Counted from the stretch's first letter, positions 26,886-39,800 are shown. The stretch is 64,000 bases of DNA from Mustelus asterias (GCF_964213995.1 NC_135808.1:12896001-12960000), one strand, 5' to 3'. Numbers and translations: made by a program. The notes: generated by a model not told the origin, from the sequence alone.

Positions 26886-28740
26886 AAGAACATAAGAACA
26901 TAAGAAATAGGAGCAGGAGTAGGCCATCTAGCCCCTCGAGCCTGCCCCGCCATTCAATAAGATCATGGCTGATCTGACGTGGATCAGTACCACTTACCCG
27001 CCTGATCCCCATAACCCTTAATTCCCTTACCGATCAGGAATCCATCCATCCGCGCTTTAAACATATTCAGCGAGGTAGCCTCCACCACCTCAGTGGGCAG
27101 AGAATTCCAGAGATTCACCACCCTCTGGGAGAAGAAGTTCCTCCTCAACTCTGTCTTAAACCGACCCCCCTTTATTTTGAGGCTGTGTCCTCTAGTTTTA
27201 ACTTCCTTACTAAGTGGAAAGAATCTCTCCGCCTCCACCCTATCCAGCCCCCGCATTATCTTATAAGTCTCCATAAGATCCCCCCTCATCCTTCTAAACT
27301 CCAACGAGTACAAACCCAATCTCCTCAGCCTCTCCTCATAATCCAAACCCCTCATCTCCGGTATCAACCTGGTGAACCTTCTCTGCACTCCCTCCAATGC
27401 CAATATATCCTTCCTCATATAAGGGGACCAATACTGCACACAGTATTCCAGCTGCGGCCTCACCAATGCCCTGTACAGGTGCATCAAGACATCCCTGCTT
27501 TTATATTCTATCCCCCTCGCAATATAGGCCAACATCCCATTTGCCTTCTTGATCACCTGTTGTACCTGCAGACTGGGCTTTTGCGTCTCATGCACAAGGA
27601 CCCCCAGGTCCCTTTGCACGGTAGCATGTTTTAATTTGTTTCCATTGAGATAGTAATCCCATTTGTTATTATTTCCCCCAAAGTGTATAACTTCGCATTT
27701 CTCAACGTTATACTCCATTTGCCATATCCTCGCCCACTCACTCAGCCTGTCCAAATCTCTCTGCAGATCTTCTCCGTCCTCCACACGATTCACTTTTCCA
27801 CTTATCTTTGTGTCGTCTGCAAACTTCGTTACCCTACACTCCGTCCCCTCCTCCAGATCATCTATATAAATGGTAAACAGTTGCGGCCCGAGTACCGATC
27901 CCTGCGGCACGCCACTAGTTACCTTCCTCCAACCGGAAAAACACCCATTTATTCCGACTCTTTGCTTCCTGTCGGATAGCCAGTCCCCAATCCACTTTAA
28001 CACACTACCCCCAACTCCGTGTGCCCTAATCTTCTTCAGCAGCCTTTTATGGGGCACCTTATCAAACGCCTTTTGGAAATCCAAAAACACCGCATCCACC
28101 GGTTCTCCTCCATCAACCGCCCTAGTCACATCTTCATAAAAATCCAACATGTTCGTCAAGCACGACTTTCCCCTCATGAATCCATGCTGCGTCTGATTGA
28201 TCGAACCATTTCTATCCAGATGCCCTGCTATCTCCTCTTTAATAATGGATTCCAGCATTTTCCCTACTACAGACGTTAAGCTGACCGGCCTATAGTTACC
28301 CGCCTTTTGTCTCCTTCCTTTTTTAAACAGCGGCGTAACATTAGCCGTTTTCCAATCAACCGGCACTACCCCAGAATGCAACGAGTTTTGATAAATAATC
28401 ACTAACGCATCCACTATTACCTCTGACATTTCTTTCAATACCCTGGGATGCATTCCATCCGGACCCGGGGACTTGTCCACCTTCAGTCCCATTAGTCTAC
28501 CCAGCACTGCCTCTCTGGTAACATTAATCGTATTAAGTATTTCTCCTGCTGCCAACCCTCTATCGTTAATATTTGGCAAACTATTTGTGTCCTCCACCGT
28601 GAAGACCGACACAAAAAACTTATTTAAAGACTCAGCCATATCCTCATTTCCCACTATTAACTCCCCCCTCTCGTCCTCCAAGGGTCCAACATTCACTCTA
28701 GCCACTCTATTCCTTTTTATATATTTATAAAAACTTTTAC
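26886..28740 (-). mobile_element. Young 5'-truncated CR1 LINE with uninterrupted RT ORF (26984-28705, 573 aa)
   Basis: KSPGPDG, NYRPVSLTS, QHGF, DFQKAFDKV, GVPQGSVLGP and FADD motifs, no stops; (TTCTTATG)n tail; no endonuclease domain. Confidence 0.97.
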
Positions 28741-28761
28741 TATTATGATTTAGTTAATTCA

Positions 28762-29520
28762 GTCATGGGATGTGGACAATACTGACTAAGCCAGTATTTA
28801 TTGCCCATCCCTTCTTTCCCTGAGAAGGTGGTGGTCTGTGGCCTTCTTGCACTGGTGCAGCCCATTTGGTCTCGGTACACCCAAAGTGCTATTCGGGAGG
28901 GAGTTTCAGGATTTTGACTGAGGGAAGGAACATGGGTTTAGAAGATGCTATCTAAGAAACCTTGCTGAGTTCCTGCAGTGCGTCTTGTAGGTGGGCGGCA
29001 CGGTAGCACAGTGGTTAGCACTGCTGCCTCACAGCGCCAGGGACCCAGTTTCGATTCCCAGCTTGGGTGCGGAGTCTGCGCGTTCTCCCTGTGTTCACGT
29101 GGGTTTCCTCCGGGTGCTCCGGTTTCCTCCCACAGTTCAAAAGACGTGCTGGTTAGATGTGTTGGCCATGCTAAATTCTCCCTCGGTGTATTTAAACAGG
29201 CGTCAGAGTATGGCTAGGGGATTTTCACAGTAACTTCACTGCAGCCTACTTGTGACATAATAAACTTAAACTGAAATGGTATACACTGCTGCCGCTGCGC
29301 TGGTGGTGGAGGGAGTGAATGTTTATGATGGGCTGCCAATCAAGCAGGCTGCTTTGTCTTGGATGGTGCTGAGTTCCTTGAGTATTGTTGGAGCTGCACT
29401 CATCCAGGCAAGTGCAGAATATTCCATGACTTGTGCCTTGTAGATGGTGGACAGGCTTTGGAGAGTAGGGGGTGAGTTACTCGTCGCAGGATTCCTAACC
29501 TCAGACCTGCATTTGAACGG
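28762..29520 (-). mobile_element. Degenerate L2/CR1-like LINE 3' end (interrupted by a V-SINE) whose tail resembles the SacSINE tail
   Basis: Minus strand remnants SALAWMSAAPTILKELSTIQDKAA; tail GGGCAATAAAT.CTGGC..AG.CAG..CCACATCCCATGA. Related fragment at ~62850-63300(+) (MEYSPLAWMSA..LNTIQDKA). Confidence 0.7.
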
Positions 29521-31709
29521 CTAGTCCAGCCGTCCTTAATCGTTAATGAAATCTATGACAGACAACATGCCATGCACACATGCATGTCACACATCCACCA
29601 CTCACACACACATGTGTGCAGCACACGCACACAAACACACACACCACACAAATACACAGTACTTAAGTTCTCACCACCTTCCCCCAACCCTGGTCAACAC
29701 CTTTCTCTCATTCTGAAAACCCCCCAAACTCATCCCAAAACAAAACATGTCCGGTTTCATCACTGGTGTCCCAACTCCCCTTGAACATTCCACCCCGGTC
29801 AACCCCTCACCAGCACCCAACTCAACTCCTGCAAAACAACCCACTCCAGTCTCGCAATCCACCACCTCTCTAAACCATAAACCACCTGGGGTGGCACAGT
29901 CGTACAGTGGTTAGCACTGCTGTCTCAGGGGCCTGGGTTCGATTCATGGCTTGGGTCACTGTCTGTGCAGAGTCTGCACATTCTCCCAGTGTCTGCGTTG
30001 GTTTCCTCCACGTGCTCCGGTTTCCTCCCACAGTCTGAAAGACATGCCGGTTAGGTGTATTGGCCGTGCTAAATTCTCCCACAGTGTACCCGAACAGACA
30101 CCAGAGTGTGCCGACGAGGAGATTTTCACAGTAATTTCATTGCAGTGTTAATTTTTTAAAAATTATTTATTAATCTCACAAGTAGGCTTACATTAACACT
30201 GCAATGAACTTACTGTGAAAATCCCCCAGTCGCCACACTCCGGCACCTGTTCAGGTACACTGTGGGAGAATTTTAGCATAGCCGATGCACCAAACCCACA
30301 CTCGGCTGTGGAAGGAAACCGGAGCCCCCGAAGGAAACCCACGCAAACACGGTGGAGAATGTGCAGACTCCGCACGGCCCGCAGTGACACAGACCGGGAA
30401 TCGAACACAGCTCCCTGGTGGAGCTGAGTCAGCAGTGCTAACCACTATACTACCATACCGCCCATGTGAGCCTACTTGTGACAATAATAAATAAACTTTA
30501 AACTTCAGCAGCAGATGCGCAAAGACAGGAGTAGAATCCGGCGATATTGCGGACATGGAGATAGACAGCCTCAGTGATGGTGCTGATAAACTCTCTTCAC
30601 AGCTGCATGTGACACCAAGACTGCAAACTGTCTAGTTTAGCTTCAGACTATCGCCAGGGAGAGGGAGAGAGTCAGTAACTGGGATCGAAGAATGACATCC
30701 CTCTCCCCTGTATTTAGCTGGAAGAAATTTCTGCTCAATGAGGCTCGGCATTGAGACCCCAGCCTCAATGCAGGCTGACAATTTAGCATTGAGGAAGGAG
30801 TGGGGAGAGCAAGTATAGCTACTCAGGTATAGCTGGGGGTGATCCGCCCACGTGTGTAAAGTGCTCTCTGACATGTGTTTGCATACTAACTGCATTCAAC
30901 AACATTGGATCAGGTGGCCGGATGTACAAGTTTAAAGCCTTTAGCTTAAAGGCAACAGCAATTTCACAAGAGAACGCTCCCTGTCCTGATCTTCCTCTGC
31001 ATTCCCGACCCCTGGCTTGGCTCACATTCAGCCCCCCAGACTCGACCCCAATGTTAACCTCGTCCCCCCAGTCAGCAATGTACCTGTTTCACCGACAGAA
31101 CGGGGACTGAGATGCTCCAACAGCAGAAGGATGAAGGGCAGAACGTAAAGAGTGAATCGATAATTCATCTCGATTCCAGCAAAATCCAAGACAAGCTTCA
31201 CGGGGACAACATCTTACTTTCCATCTCCCACAAAACGTTGTTTCCCCCGTTTCAGACCCGCCCCGAAATGTCACTGCTGTCGAAAGCGGATTTCCTAAAG
31301 ACAGGAAGTACTTTTGTTATTGTTTTTTTGTAATGCGAATCTCATTAAAATGTATCAGCGCAAAAGACCATTCTGCCCGTCGTTTCTCGGCTAGCTCTTC
31401 CAATGAACGATACTATTCCCCCCTCCCCCCCTCCCCACCTCCGGGATGACCCTGCACATTTTTTCTTTATACAACAGAATTCAATTCCCTCCTGAATGCC
31501 TCGATTGAACCCGTCTCTGTTAAACTCTCAAACAGCACTTTCCAGATCTTAATTACTTGCTAAGTACTTAGAACAAAGAAAAATACAGCACAGGAACAGG
31601 CCCTTCGGCCCTCCAAGCCTGCACTGACCATGCTGCCCTAACTAAACTGAAAAAAACCTTCTGCCCTTACTCAGTCCGTATCCCTCTATTCCCTCCCTAT
31701 TCATGTACC

Positions 31710-32345
31710 TGTAAGGGGAAAAATACAAGGGAGCACACTTTAAAATGGCTGCCTGGCACATAAAGGGTTAACTGGGAAAGAAGCCAGAAAAGCAGACACA
31801 GGCTCCTGCTGTTCAGAAATCACTTTAAGTCAAAACCTAACAGACAAGCCATTTCCAAATCACAGACAGCGACTCATAGCAAACAAACACCTCAGGAAGC
31901 CAAGCCAAGGGTCAAAACATCTTTTAAGATAAGGAAAACCCGAAACAAAGAGCTTAGATTAACGTTAGAGGAACGCAGGAAAATATGAATGCGAGGGAAC
32001 CGATTAGCACCTGAATGAGACGAAACTAGCCATTGATAGATACAGACATAAGGAGATGTACCCATTCATAAAATGTTAAATGTCTATCCCTGTTTGTACT
32101 TATGTAAACATGAGGAAATGTACCCATTCATAAAATGTTAAATGCTTGTACTCACTTAAACGATGTGATAATGTTCGAATCACCGGTTTACCCATTGTGT
32201 AAAGGGTATAAAAATGAACCGGTCCCGACATACTAGTGAGAGAAGGTTTGCTACAGACATGTGCCTTGTCTCCACGGTGCTCCGTTTAATAAATCATATT
32301 TTCTGAATCTTGAAGTCTGACTACTAGTGGATTTTTCCCACAACA
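31710..32345 (+). repeat. ERV 5' LTR
   Basis: TGTAAGGGG...CCCACAACA; internal direct repeat ATGTACCCATTCATAAAATGTTAAATG x2; TATAAAA ~32207; AATAAA ~32288. Confidence 0.95.
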
Positions 32346-32347
32346 AA

Positions 32348-32366
32348 TGGCGTAGTCGGCTAGGAT
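32348..32366 (+). promoter_or_regulatory. ERV primer binding site, tRNA-Ser
   Basis: TGGCGTAGTCGGC(T)AGGAT, 2 nt after the LTR, complements the vertebrate tRNA-Ser 3' end ATCCTGCCGACTACGCCA with a 1-nt insertion. Confidence 0.85.
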
Positions 32367-33069
32367 CCTATTACTGGTGAGACCGATTGGCCACGGTCGC
32401 AACCGGGGTAGAGATCGCGGAATCTGTGAGAGTCGGACTGGATCGGAAAATACGTTTATAAGGGGGAAATATTTGTACTGTGTATTTGTGATAGTATTTT
32501 GTTATAGTGATAAGTACTAACTGCTGATAGTAACAAATAACTGTGATTTGTGCTGATCGACAAAAGGACAAGGTAGTGCCTGTCTCAAAACCTCTGCCTT
32601 AGACTGGCTATTAAGAGCAGAAATCTGCCACGTGAAGGTCAGGAATTGAAGTGAGTGAGAGACACCAAGGGCACTAAAGGATTGTGAAGCACAAAAGGGC
32701 AGAAGTCGGTTTAACATCACCCTCTGTAGTGGCGAACAGACGCAGAGGTGCCACCTGATTGCATTAAAGTATTGAAAAGTTGGGAACTGTACTGTCAATG
32801 TTGTGAAAAGCGGGGCGGAACAGGAGTTTGATCAACTCTGACCTAAACCGGACTCCGGTGGAGAAGCACATTGCCGAAGTGGTAATCGTGGAAGCCGTGA
32901 GTATAACTTAAAACCCTGTAACAGCAGTGAAACACGGTGTGAGAATAGCAATAGTGGCCGGGGGTAGTGAAGTCCCTATGGTAGAGAGCACACTTTGCTA
33001 AGGGTAGTAATAGTGGCCGGGGGTAGTGAAGTCCCTACGGTAGAGAGCACACTTTACTAAAGAATAATC

Positions 33070-34132
33070 GTGGCCGGGGTTAGTGAAATCTGCGAAATAG
33101 CAGATAGTGAAGTTAAAAGGGGATCTGCAGGTTCCCTGATTGAAATCTACATGACAGACAGGAAGGAGTTAATAAAGAGAATGCAAAAGGATGGCTGGGA
33201 TACTTCTCAAACCTTAGAGCAGCAGAGAAAGTGGATAGATAAAAAAAAGAAACAGAACGAAGAAAATAGGAATAATGTTAACACATCAGTTAGCAGGTCT
33301 AATTGAACAAATAGTTTCCTCTACGAGGAAATGGAGGGAAGATAAAGAAAGAATTAGAGAATTAGAATCCTGAGTGAGGGAACTGGAAAAACAAAATCAG
33401 GTTTTAGAAAGGCAAGGGGGAGGAGAAACTGATCCTCTACCTTCTTATGAGTCTACCCAGCAAGGACCAACCGCTCCCTCAGAAAAATGGGAACAGCTGG
33501 AACACAACTTAGCGCCCATAACTAGAGGGGGGACAGCAGCGCGACCAAAGGCAAATTATAAACCCTTTACCCCAGGTGAGAGACAGCAGATAATGGCTTC
33601 CCTGGGCAAATTACAAACTAGAAGCGCGAACACTACATTCTGGGAAGAATTAGACACAATCTGGGTAGGACATCAATTATACCTAAGAGACATACACCAG
33701 CTGGTCAGGGCAGCCTGTCCAGTGGATAAGTGGAGGCAGGTAGCAGGGGGACTCGTTGCCCCTATAGCACAGGACTATAATGGGGGATGGTGGACACATG
33801 TAATTCCCCTAACAGCAGAGATAGATGCCCAACAGGCACCCTTCTTACAGTTTAAAGAAGAAATTCAGAGGGTCTTAGGGAATGCTCCCACTAACTGGAG
33901 CAGAATTATCACCACAAAGCAGCTAAAAGGAGAAGGAGTCTCTGAGTACGGGGAACGGTTGTTCCAAATATACCAAGAGTGCTCAGGACAAGGGAATCCA
34001 GGGCGAGGAGATCGAGCGTTCATCCAGGCTTTTAAGGATGGACTCTCTAGTTCTCACCAGGTCATCCTAAAAATGGGAGTGATTATGTCCCAAGATTACG
34101 ATGAATTGGTTTCCTCGGAGCTTTATCTCTAG
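33070..34132 (+). pseudogene. gag: ERV gag (disrupted; capsid region open 33374-34132)
   Basis: Late-domain-like LPSY and PTAP; MHR-like KQLKGEGVSEYGERL; FIQAFKDGL. One frameshift in an A-run (~33245) and one TGA (~33371). No nucleocapsid. Confidence 0.8.
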
Positions 34133-34719
34133 GGGGGTCAGCCGGGGTAATTGGAGCAAAGAATAGAAACCATATTGTTTGTGGACTAACAATCCTGGGA
34201 AACAGCACTTCAAAAGCATTGGAGGCTGTTAACCAAGAAATGGCTGAACTAAGATTGTATGCTCAGCAGACACGATACACAGTGGACTACCAGTTAGCAC
34301 AACAAGGGGGAGTATGTGCAATCATAGGCAACAAATGCATAACCCATGTCACAGATGAGTCTTACAATATTACACAGGTTATCAATGACATCAGGACGCA
34401 ACTTGATAACTTTAGACAGGGACCCAGGAGAGGAAGTAGTTGGCTGGCACGGCTGGTGGGAGAATCCTGGGAATCGTACCCGTTACATGGATTGGTCATA
34501 CTCATTGTCATTATAATTGTCTGTTGTCTGACTGTGGGATGTCTTAAAGTCTGTTTTAAAATAATGTTGACAAGAATTGTGCCAGGAGCCAGTGTGTACA
34601 TCGAAGAAGAGCCCCTAATGAAGATCCCCGAAGACGTCAGAAGAAATGAAGATACTGGAAGAAATGAAGACATCAAAAGAAGCAAAGAAGGAGAGAAGAA
34701 CGAAGACCTGTATATGTGA
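34108..34719 (+). CDS. env: ERV env transmembrane subunit only (gamma-type TM), open reading frame
   Basis: Fusion peptide GFLGALSLGGSAGVIG, heptad ALEAVNQEMAELR, ISD-like QQTRYTVDYQLAQQGGVC, CX6C (CAIIGNKC), TM LVILIVIIIVCCLTVGCL, cytoplasmic tail. Confidence 0.85.
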   Translation, partial: GFLGALSLGGSAGVIGAKNRNHIVCGLTILGNSTSKALEAVNQEMAELRLYAQQTRYTVDYQLAQQGGVCAIIGNKCITHVTDESYNITQVINDIRTQLDNFRQGPRRGSSWLARLVGESWESYPLHGLVILIVIIIVCCLTVGCLKVCFKIMLTRIVPGASVYIEEEPLMKIPEDVRRNEDTGRNEDIKRSKEGEKNEDLYM

Positions 34720-34776
34720 ATGTATGATTGTTGGTCTGGGGATTGTTCAAGCTATAATCCGACCAAAAAGAGGGAC

Positions 34777-35411
34777 TGTAAGGGGAAAAATACAAGAAAG
34801 CACACTTTAAAATGGCTGCCTGGCACATAAAGGGTTAACTGGGAAAGAAGCCAGAAAAGCAGACACAGGCTCCCGCTGTTCAGAAATCACTTTAAGTCAA
34901 AACCTAACAGACAAGCCATTTCCAAATCACAGACAGTGACTCATAGCAAACAAACACCTCAGGAAGCCAAGCCAAGGGTCAAACATCTTTTAAGATAAGG
35001 AAAACCCAAAACAAAGAGCTTAGCTTAACGTTAGAGGAACGCGGGAAAATATGAATGTGAGGGAACCGATTAGCACCTGAATGAGACGAAACTAGCCATT
35101 GATAGATACAGACATAAGGAGATGTACCCATTCATAAAATGTTAAATGTCTATACCTGTTTGTACTTATGTAAACATGAGGAAATGTACCCATTCATAAA
35201 ATGTTAAATGCTTGTACTCACTTAAACGATGTGATAATGTTCGAATCACCGGCTTACCCATTGTGTAAAGGGTATAAAAATGAACCACTCCCAACATACT
35301 AGTGAGAAAAGGTTTGCTACAGACATGTGCCTTGTCTCCACGGAGCTCCGTTTAATAAATCGTATTTTCTGAATCTCGAAGTCTGACTACTAGTGGATTT
35401 TTCCCACAACA
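34777..35411 (+). repeat. ERV 3' LTR preceded by PPT AAAAAGAGGGA
   Basis: Direct repeat of the 5' LTR; polypurine tract at 34765-34775. Confidence 0.95.
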
Positions 35412-37110
35412 TACCCATCCAGATGTCTCTCAAAATGTTGCTCAAGTGCCTGCTTCCACCACCTCATCTGGCAGCGCGTTCCAGACTTCCCCTGCACATC
35501 TCCCTTAAACTTCCCCCTCACCTTGAACCTGTGCCCCTTACAAATGACACTTCCACCTTGGAAAAAAAATCTCTTGACTTTCCACCCTGTCTATGCCTCT
35601 CATAATTTTGTCGACCTCTATTAGGTCTCCCCTCAGCCCCCGTCTTTCCGGTGAAAACAATCCCGGTTTATTCAACCTCTCCTCATAACCAACACCCTCG
35701 AGAGCAGGCAACAGCCTGATGAACCTTCTTTACACTCTCTCCAAAGCTTCCACGTCCTTCTGGTAGTGTGGTGACCAGAACTGCATGCAATACTCCAAAT
35801 GCAGCCTAACCAACGTTTTCTATAGCTGCAACATGATTTACAAAGAACAAAATGAACAGTACAGCACAGGAACAGGCCCTTCGGCCTTCCAAGCTGCGCC
35901 AATCATGATGCCTGCCTAAACTAAAACCGTATGCACTTATGGAGTCCATATCCTTCCAGTCCCATCCTCATCATGTAATATTTTAGTTGCCCCTTAAATG
36001 CTGTTATCGTACCTACTCTCACCACCTCCCCAGGCAGCGCATTCCAGACATTCACCACGCTTTATGTAAAAAACTTGCCTTTAAACTTTTCCCCATGCAC
36101 CATAAACTAATATCTCCTCATACTTGACTTTTCTACCCTAGGAAAGAGCATCTAGCTATCCACTGTCCACGCCACTCATAATTTTTTAAACCTCTATCAG
36201 GTCACCCCTCAACCTCCGTCTTTCCAGTGAGAACAAATCGAGTTGATCCAACCTCTCCTTATAGCTAAGTAAAGGCTATTTCCCAACTCTTGTACTCAAT
36301 GCCCCAGTGGATGAAGGCAAGCATGCCATATGTCTTCTTAATCATCTTGGCCACCTGTGTTGCTGCTTTTAGGGAACTGTGGACCTGCACACCCAGACCC
36401 CTTTGTGTGTTAATGTTCCTAAGAGTTCTGCCATTTACAGTATAATTGACACCTAAAATTAATTCTCCAAAATACATCACCTCGCATTTGTCTGGATTAA
36501 ACGCCATCTGCCATTTCTGTGCCCAAGTCGCCAATCTATCTATATCCTGTTGTATACTCTGACAACCCTCAGCACTATCAGCAACTCCACCAATCTTTAT
36601 GTCATCCGCAAACTCACTAATCAGACCACCCACTTTTGTACTAGTCTGCCATGTGGGACCTTGTCAAATGCCTTTCTAGTGTCCATATAAACTATATCCA
36701 CAGCCCTTCCCTCATCAATCATCTTTGTCACCTCTTCAAAAAACGCAATCAAGTTGGTGAGACATGACCTTCCCCGTACAAAACAATGCAGCCTGTCACT
36801 AACTGGTCCATTTTCTTCCAAATGTGCAAATATATCCTGTCCCTCAGTATCTTCTCCAAAAGGTTCCCCACCACAGACATCAGGTTCACCGGCCTATAAT
36901 TTGCTGGATTATTCCTGCTTCCTTTCTTAAACAAGGGAACAATAACATTGGCTATTCTTCAGTCCTCTGGAACCTCGCCTGTGGTCAAAGAGGATCTGAA
37001 GATATCTGTTAAGGTCTCAGATATTTCTTCCCATCCGGCCCAGGGGATTTATCTACCTTGATGCAATTTAGGATACCCAACACTCCCTCCTTCGATATAT
37101 TGACATTCTC
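35412..37110 (-). mobile_element. Degenerate nested CR1 LINE fragments (3' tail at ~31570-31709, split off by the ERV)
   Basis: KSPGPDG, NYRPVNL, RGRSCLTNL, KAFDKVPH, FADD and IEYKSW fragments with frameshifts. Confidence 0.88.
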
Positions 37111-38561
37111 TGGAGCATTCTTAATTAATCTTAATTTGTAAATCCTTCCCAGAGAATGGTGAATATTAATGTGACATTCTCCAGATAATCTTTCTGACTC
37201 ATAGTCAGGGAACATCTCACTAATGAATGGGTTTGAGTGAATTGAATTTGTGAATCTGGATTTGATCAGATTATAGTTTGATAACACATAATAATCCCAG
37301 TCTGATACAACACAGAAGGAGTCCATACCGTTCAGCGAACCAACTCATCTTTAAAGATCAAAGTCCCCACTTCTTGGGTCATTTTTAATAGCAAATTCTT
37401 TTCTGCAGCAGTGAGATTCAACATATCCCAGAAACTTACTGCACCCACAATGAATTACTCACAAGGTGCAGGAACTGCCGTTATGTAGGGAGATTGTCAC
37501 AAATGACAGAAACTTCCCAGATTTTCCATGTATTGAAATGAAAATCACAGCTGGGCTGTGTAAGGGGTGTCCACATCCCCCTGGCCAGATTGTTCTTTCT
37601 GTGCTCCACACAGGAGCTGTTTAACACCCAGGCAGTAACAATAAAACCAAGGTGTACAAGATTACCACAGTGGTTAGCACTGCTGCCTCACAGTACCAGA
37701 GACCCAGGTTCAATTCTCGGCTTGGGTCACTGTCTGTGCGGAGTCTGCATGTTCTCCCTGTGTCTGCATGCGTTTCCTCCTGGTGCTCCAGTTTCCTCCC
37801 ACAGTCCGAAAGACATGCTGGTTAGGTGTATTGGCCATGCTAAATTCTCCCTCAGTGTACCCAAACAGGCGTCGGACTGTGGCAACTAGGGGATTTTCAC
37901 AGTAACTTCATTGCAGTGTTAATGTAAGCCTACTTGTGACACTAATAAATAGACTTTAACTTTAAGATTTTGAGGGACATGGACAGAGTGGATAAGGATC
38001 AGCTGTTCCCCTTAGTTGAAGGGTCAGTCATGAGGGGACATAGGTTCAAGGTAAAGGGCAGGAGGTTTAGGGGGGGATGTGAGGAAAAACCTTTTTGCCC
38101 GGAGGGTGGTGAGGGTCTGGAATGCGCTGCCTGGAAGGGTGGTAGAGGCCAGTTGCCTCACACCTTTAAGAAGTACTTGGATGAGCGCTTGGCACGTCAT
38201 AACATTCAAGGCTACCCAAGTGCTGGTAAATGGGATTAGGTGGGTGTTCACATGTTTCTAATGTGTCGGTGCAGACTTGATGGGCCGAATGGCCTCTTCT
38301 GCACTGTATGATTCTACGATTCTATAAAAATCCCTCTAACCTACGCATCTCAGGACTTTAAGGGGCAATTTTTAACCTGGCCAATCAACCTAACCCGCAC
38401 ATCTTTGGACTGTGGGAGGAAACCGGAGCACCCGGAGGAAATCCATGCAGACACGAGGAGAATGTGCAAACTCCACACAGACAGTGACCCGAGCCGGGAA
38501 TCGAACCCGGGACCCTGGAGCTGTGAAGCAGCAGTGCTAACCACTGTGCTACCGTGCCGCC

Positions 38562-39002
38562 CTCTCCGGGTACGCGTTCTCCAAGGCGGCCTTCACGACA
38601 CACGACAGCGCAGAGTCGCTGAGCAGAGACTGATAGCCAGGTTACGCACACATGAGGACAGCCTCAACCGGGATATTGGGTTCATGTCACGCTATCTGTA
38701 ACCCCCACAACTTGCCTGGATGTGCAAAATCTCACTAGCTGTCCTGTCTGGAGACAATACACCTCTCTAACCTGTGCTTAATGCTCCCTCCACTCACATT
38801 GTCTGTACCTTTAAGACTTGATTAGATGTAAAGACTCACATTCCAATCATTATTCATGTAAATTGAGTTTGTGTCTTTGTGCCCTGTTTGTGAACAGAAC
38901 TCCCACCCATCTGATGAAGGAACAGCCTGTTCCGAAAGCGAGTGGCTTTTGCGACCAAATAAACCTGTTGGACTTTAACCTGGTGTTGTTAGACTTCTTA
39001 CA
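38562..39002 (+). mobile_element. Penelope-like element 3' end (GIY-YIG C-terminus plus terminal repeat with hammerhead remnant)
   Basis: LRVRVLQGGLHDTRQRRVAEQRLIARLRTHEDSLNRDIGFMSRYL*; CUGAUGA-aGGAAC-agccu-GUUCC-GAAA at ~38911-38937. Confidence 0.88.
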
Positions 39003-39261
39003 GACTCTGTGATGCACAGAGTGCCAGAAATTCATCCCACTAAGCACACCCCATAAAAAAGGCAGGAAAATCTGTTTTTTGAGGGAAAATTGCCCCCATC
39101 AACTCTTCCCCACAAATTCCAATCAATCTGTTGAGTTTTTGGATCATTGCCAATGCATTGTGAGGGATTTCAGAGAAAAGAACTACCTATTGCAGCGCCT
39201 TCCATTAGAAAATGATCAATCCCTATTTTGTATTAATGCAGTCTCCCACTATCATAAATTA

Positions 39262-39387
39262 CCACTCATCTGATGAAGGAGCAGCTCTCCGAAAGCTGTG
39301 ATTCCAAATAAACCTGTTGGACTTTAACCTGGTGTTGTGAGACTTCTGACTGTGCCTACCCCAGTCCAAAGCCGACACCACGTCATG
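39262..39387 (+). mobile_element. Short Penelope-like terminal fragment with hammerhead-like motif
   Basis: CTGATGAAGGAGCAGCTCTCCGAAAGCT..AATAAACCTGTTGGACTTTAACCTGGTGTTGTGAGACTTC..CCCCAGTCCAA. Confidence 0.8.
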
Positions 39388-39780
39388 ACCACAAATTTTG
39401 CAACCGAGCATCTCCCAAGGTGTTCAGAACCAAAACTCATTTTAGAATCATTTGTTTCTGGGAGAATCATTTGTTTCTGGATGAATGTTTTTTTAAAAGT
39501 CAATCGCATCTCCTCTAATTTCTCTAGTTCATGATAAAAAAGTACAGTATCATCCTGTGCCTACTGACGCGAGCAGACAAGCTGAGAAAATCTGCAGATG
39601 TCAGCGTGAATGAAAAATAACAGAATGAACATTCTTTTAAAGAAGTAATTCAATATTACAAACTAAAAGCAAAACATTGCAAATTCAAACAAACTTCAGA
39701 ACAAAACTGAGAGCACATACAAGTCTATGCTTAGCATTTCACATCAGGATCGCCTAGATCCAGCAAAGAAAAATTGAACT

Positions 39781-39793
39781 TCTGTTTTTGATG
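39781..39793 (-). terminator. snRNA 3' box-like signal
   Basis: Minus strand ATCAAAAACAGA about 8-20 nt downstream of U1 resembles the 3' box GTTT(N)AAARNNAGA. Confidence 0.55.
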
Positions 39794-39800
39794 ATGAAAT

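Larger units (their letters stand above)
31710..35411 (+). mobile_element. Endogenous retrovirus, internally deleted (LTR-PBS-gag-envTM-PPT-LTR, no pol)
   Basis: TG..CA LTRs at 31710-32345 and 34777-35411, about 20 differences by eye; TSD TACC (31706-31709, 35412-35415); inserted in a CR1 3' end. Confidence 0.95.

Noticed and set aside
26984-28705. 573-aa intact RT ORF as a domesticated gene
   Set aside because: Ordinary 5'-truncated young CR1 with its repeat tail; openness reflects recency of insertion.
29570-29870. His/Thr-rich ORFs
   Set aside because: CA-rich degenerate microsatellite and low-complexity sequence.
34100-34135. Programmed -1 frameshift from gag into env TM
   Set aside because: No X XXY YYZ slippery heptamer at the junction; simple deletion is more parsimonious.
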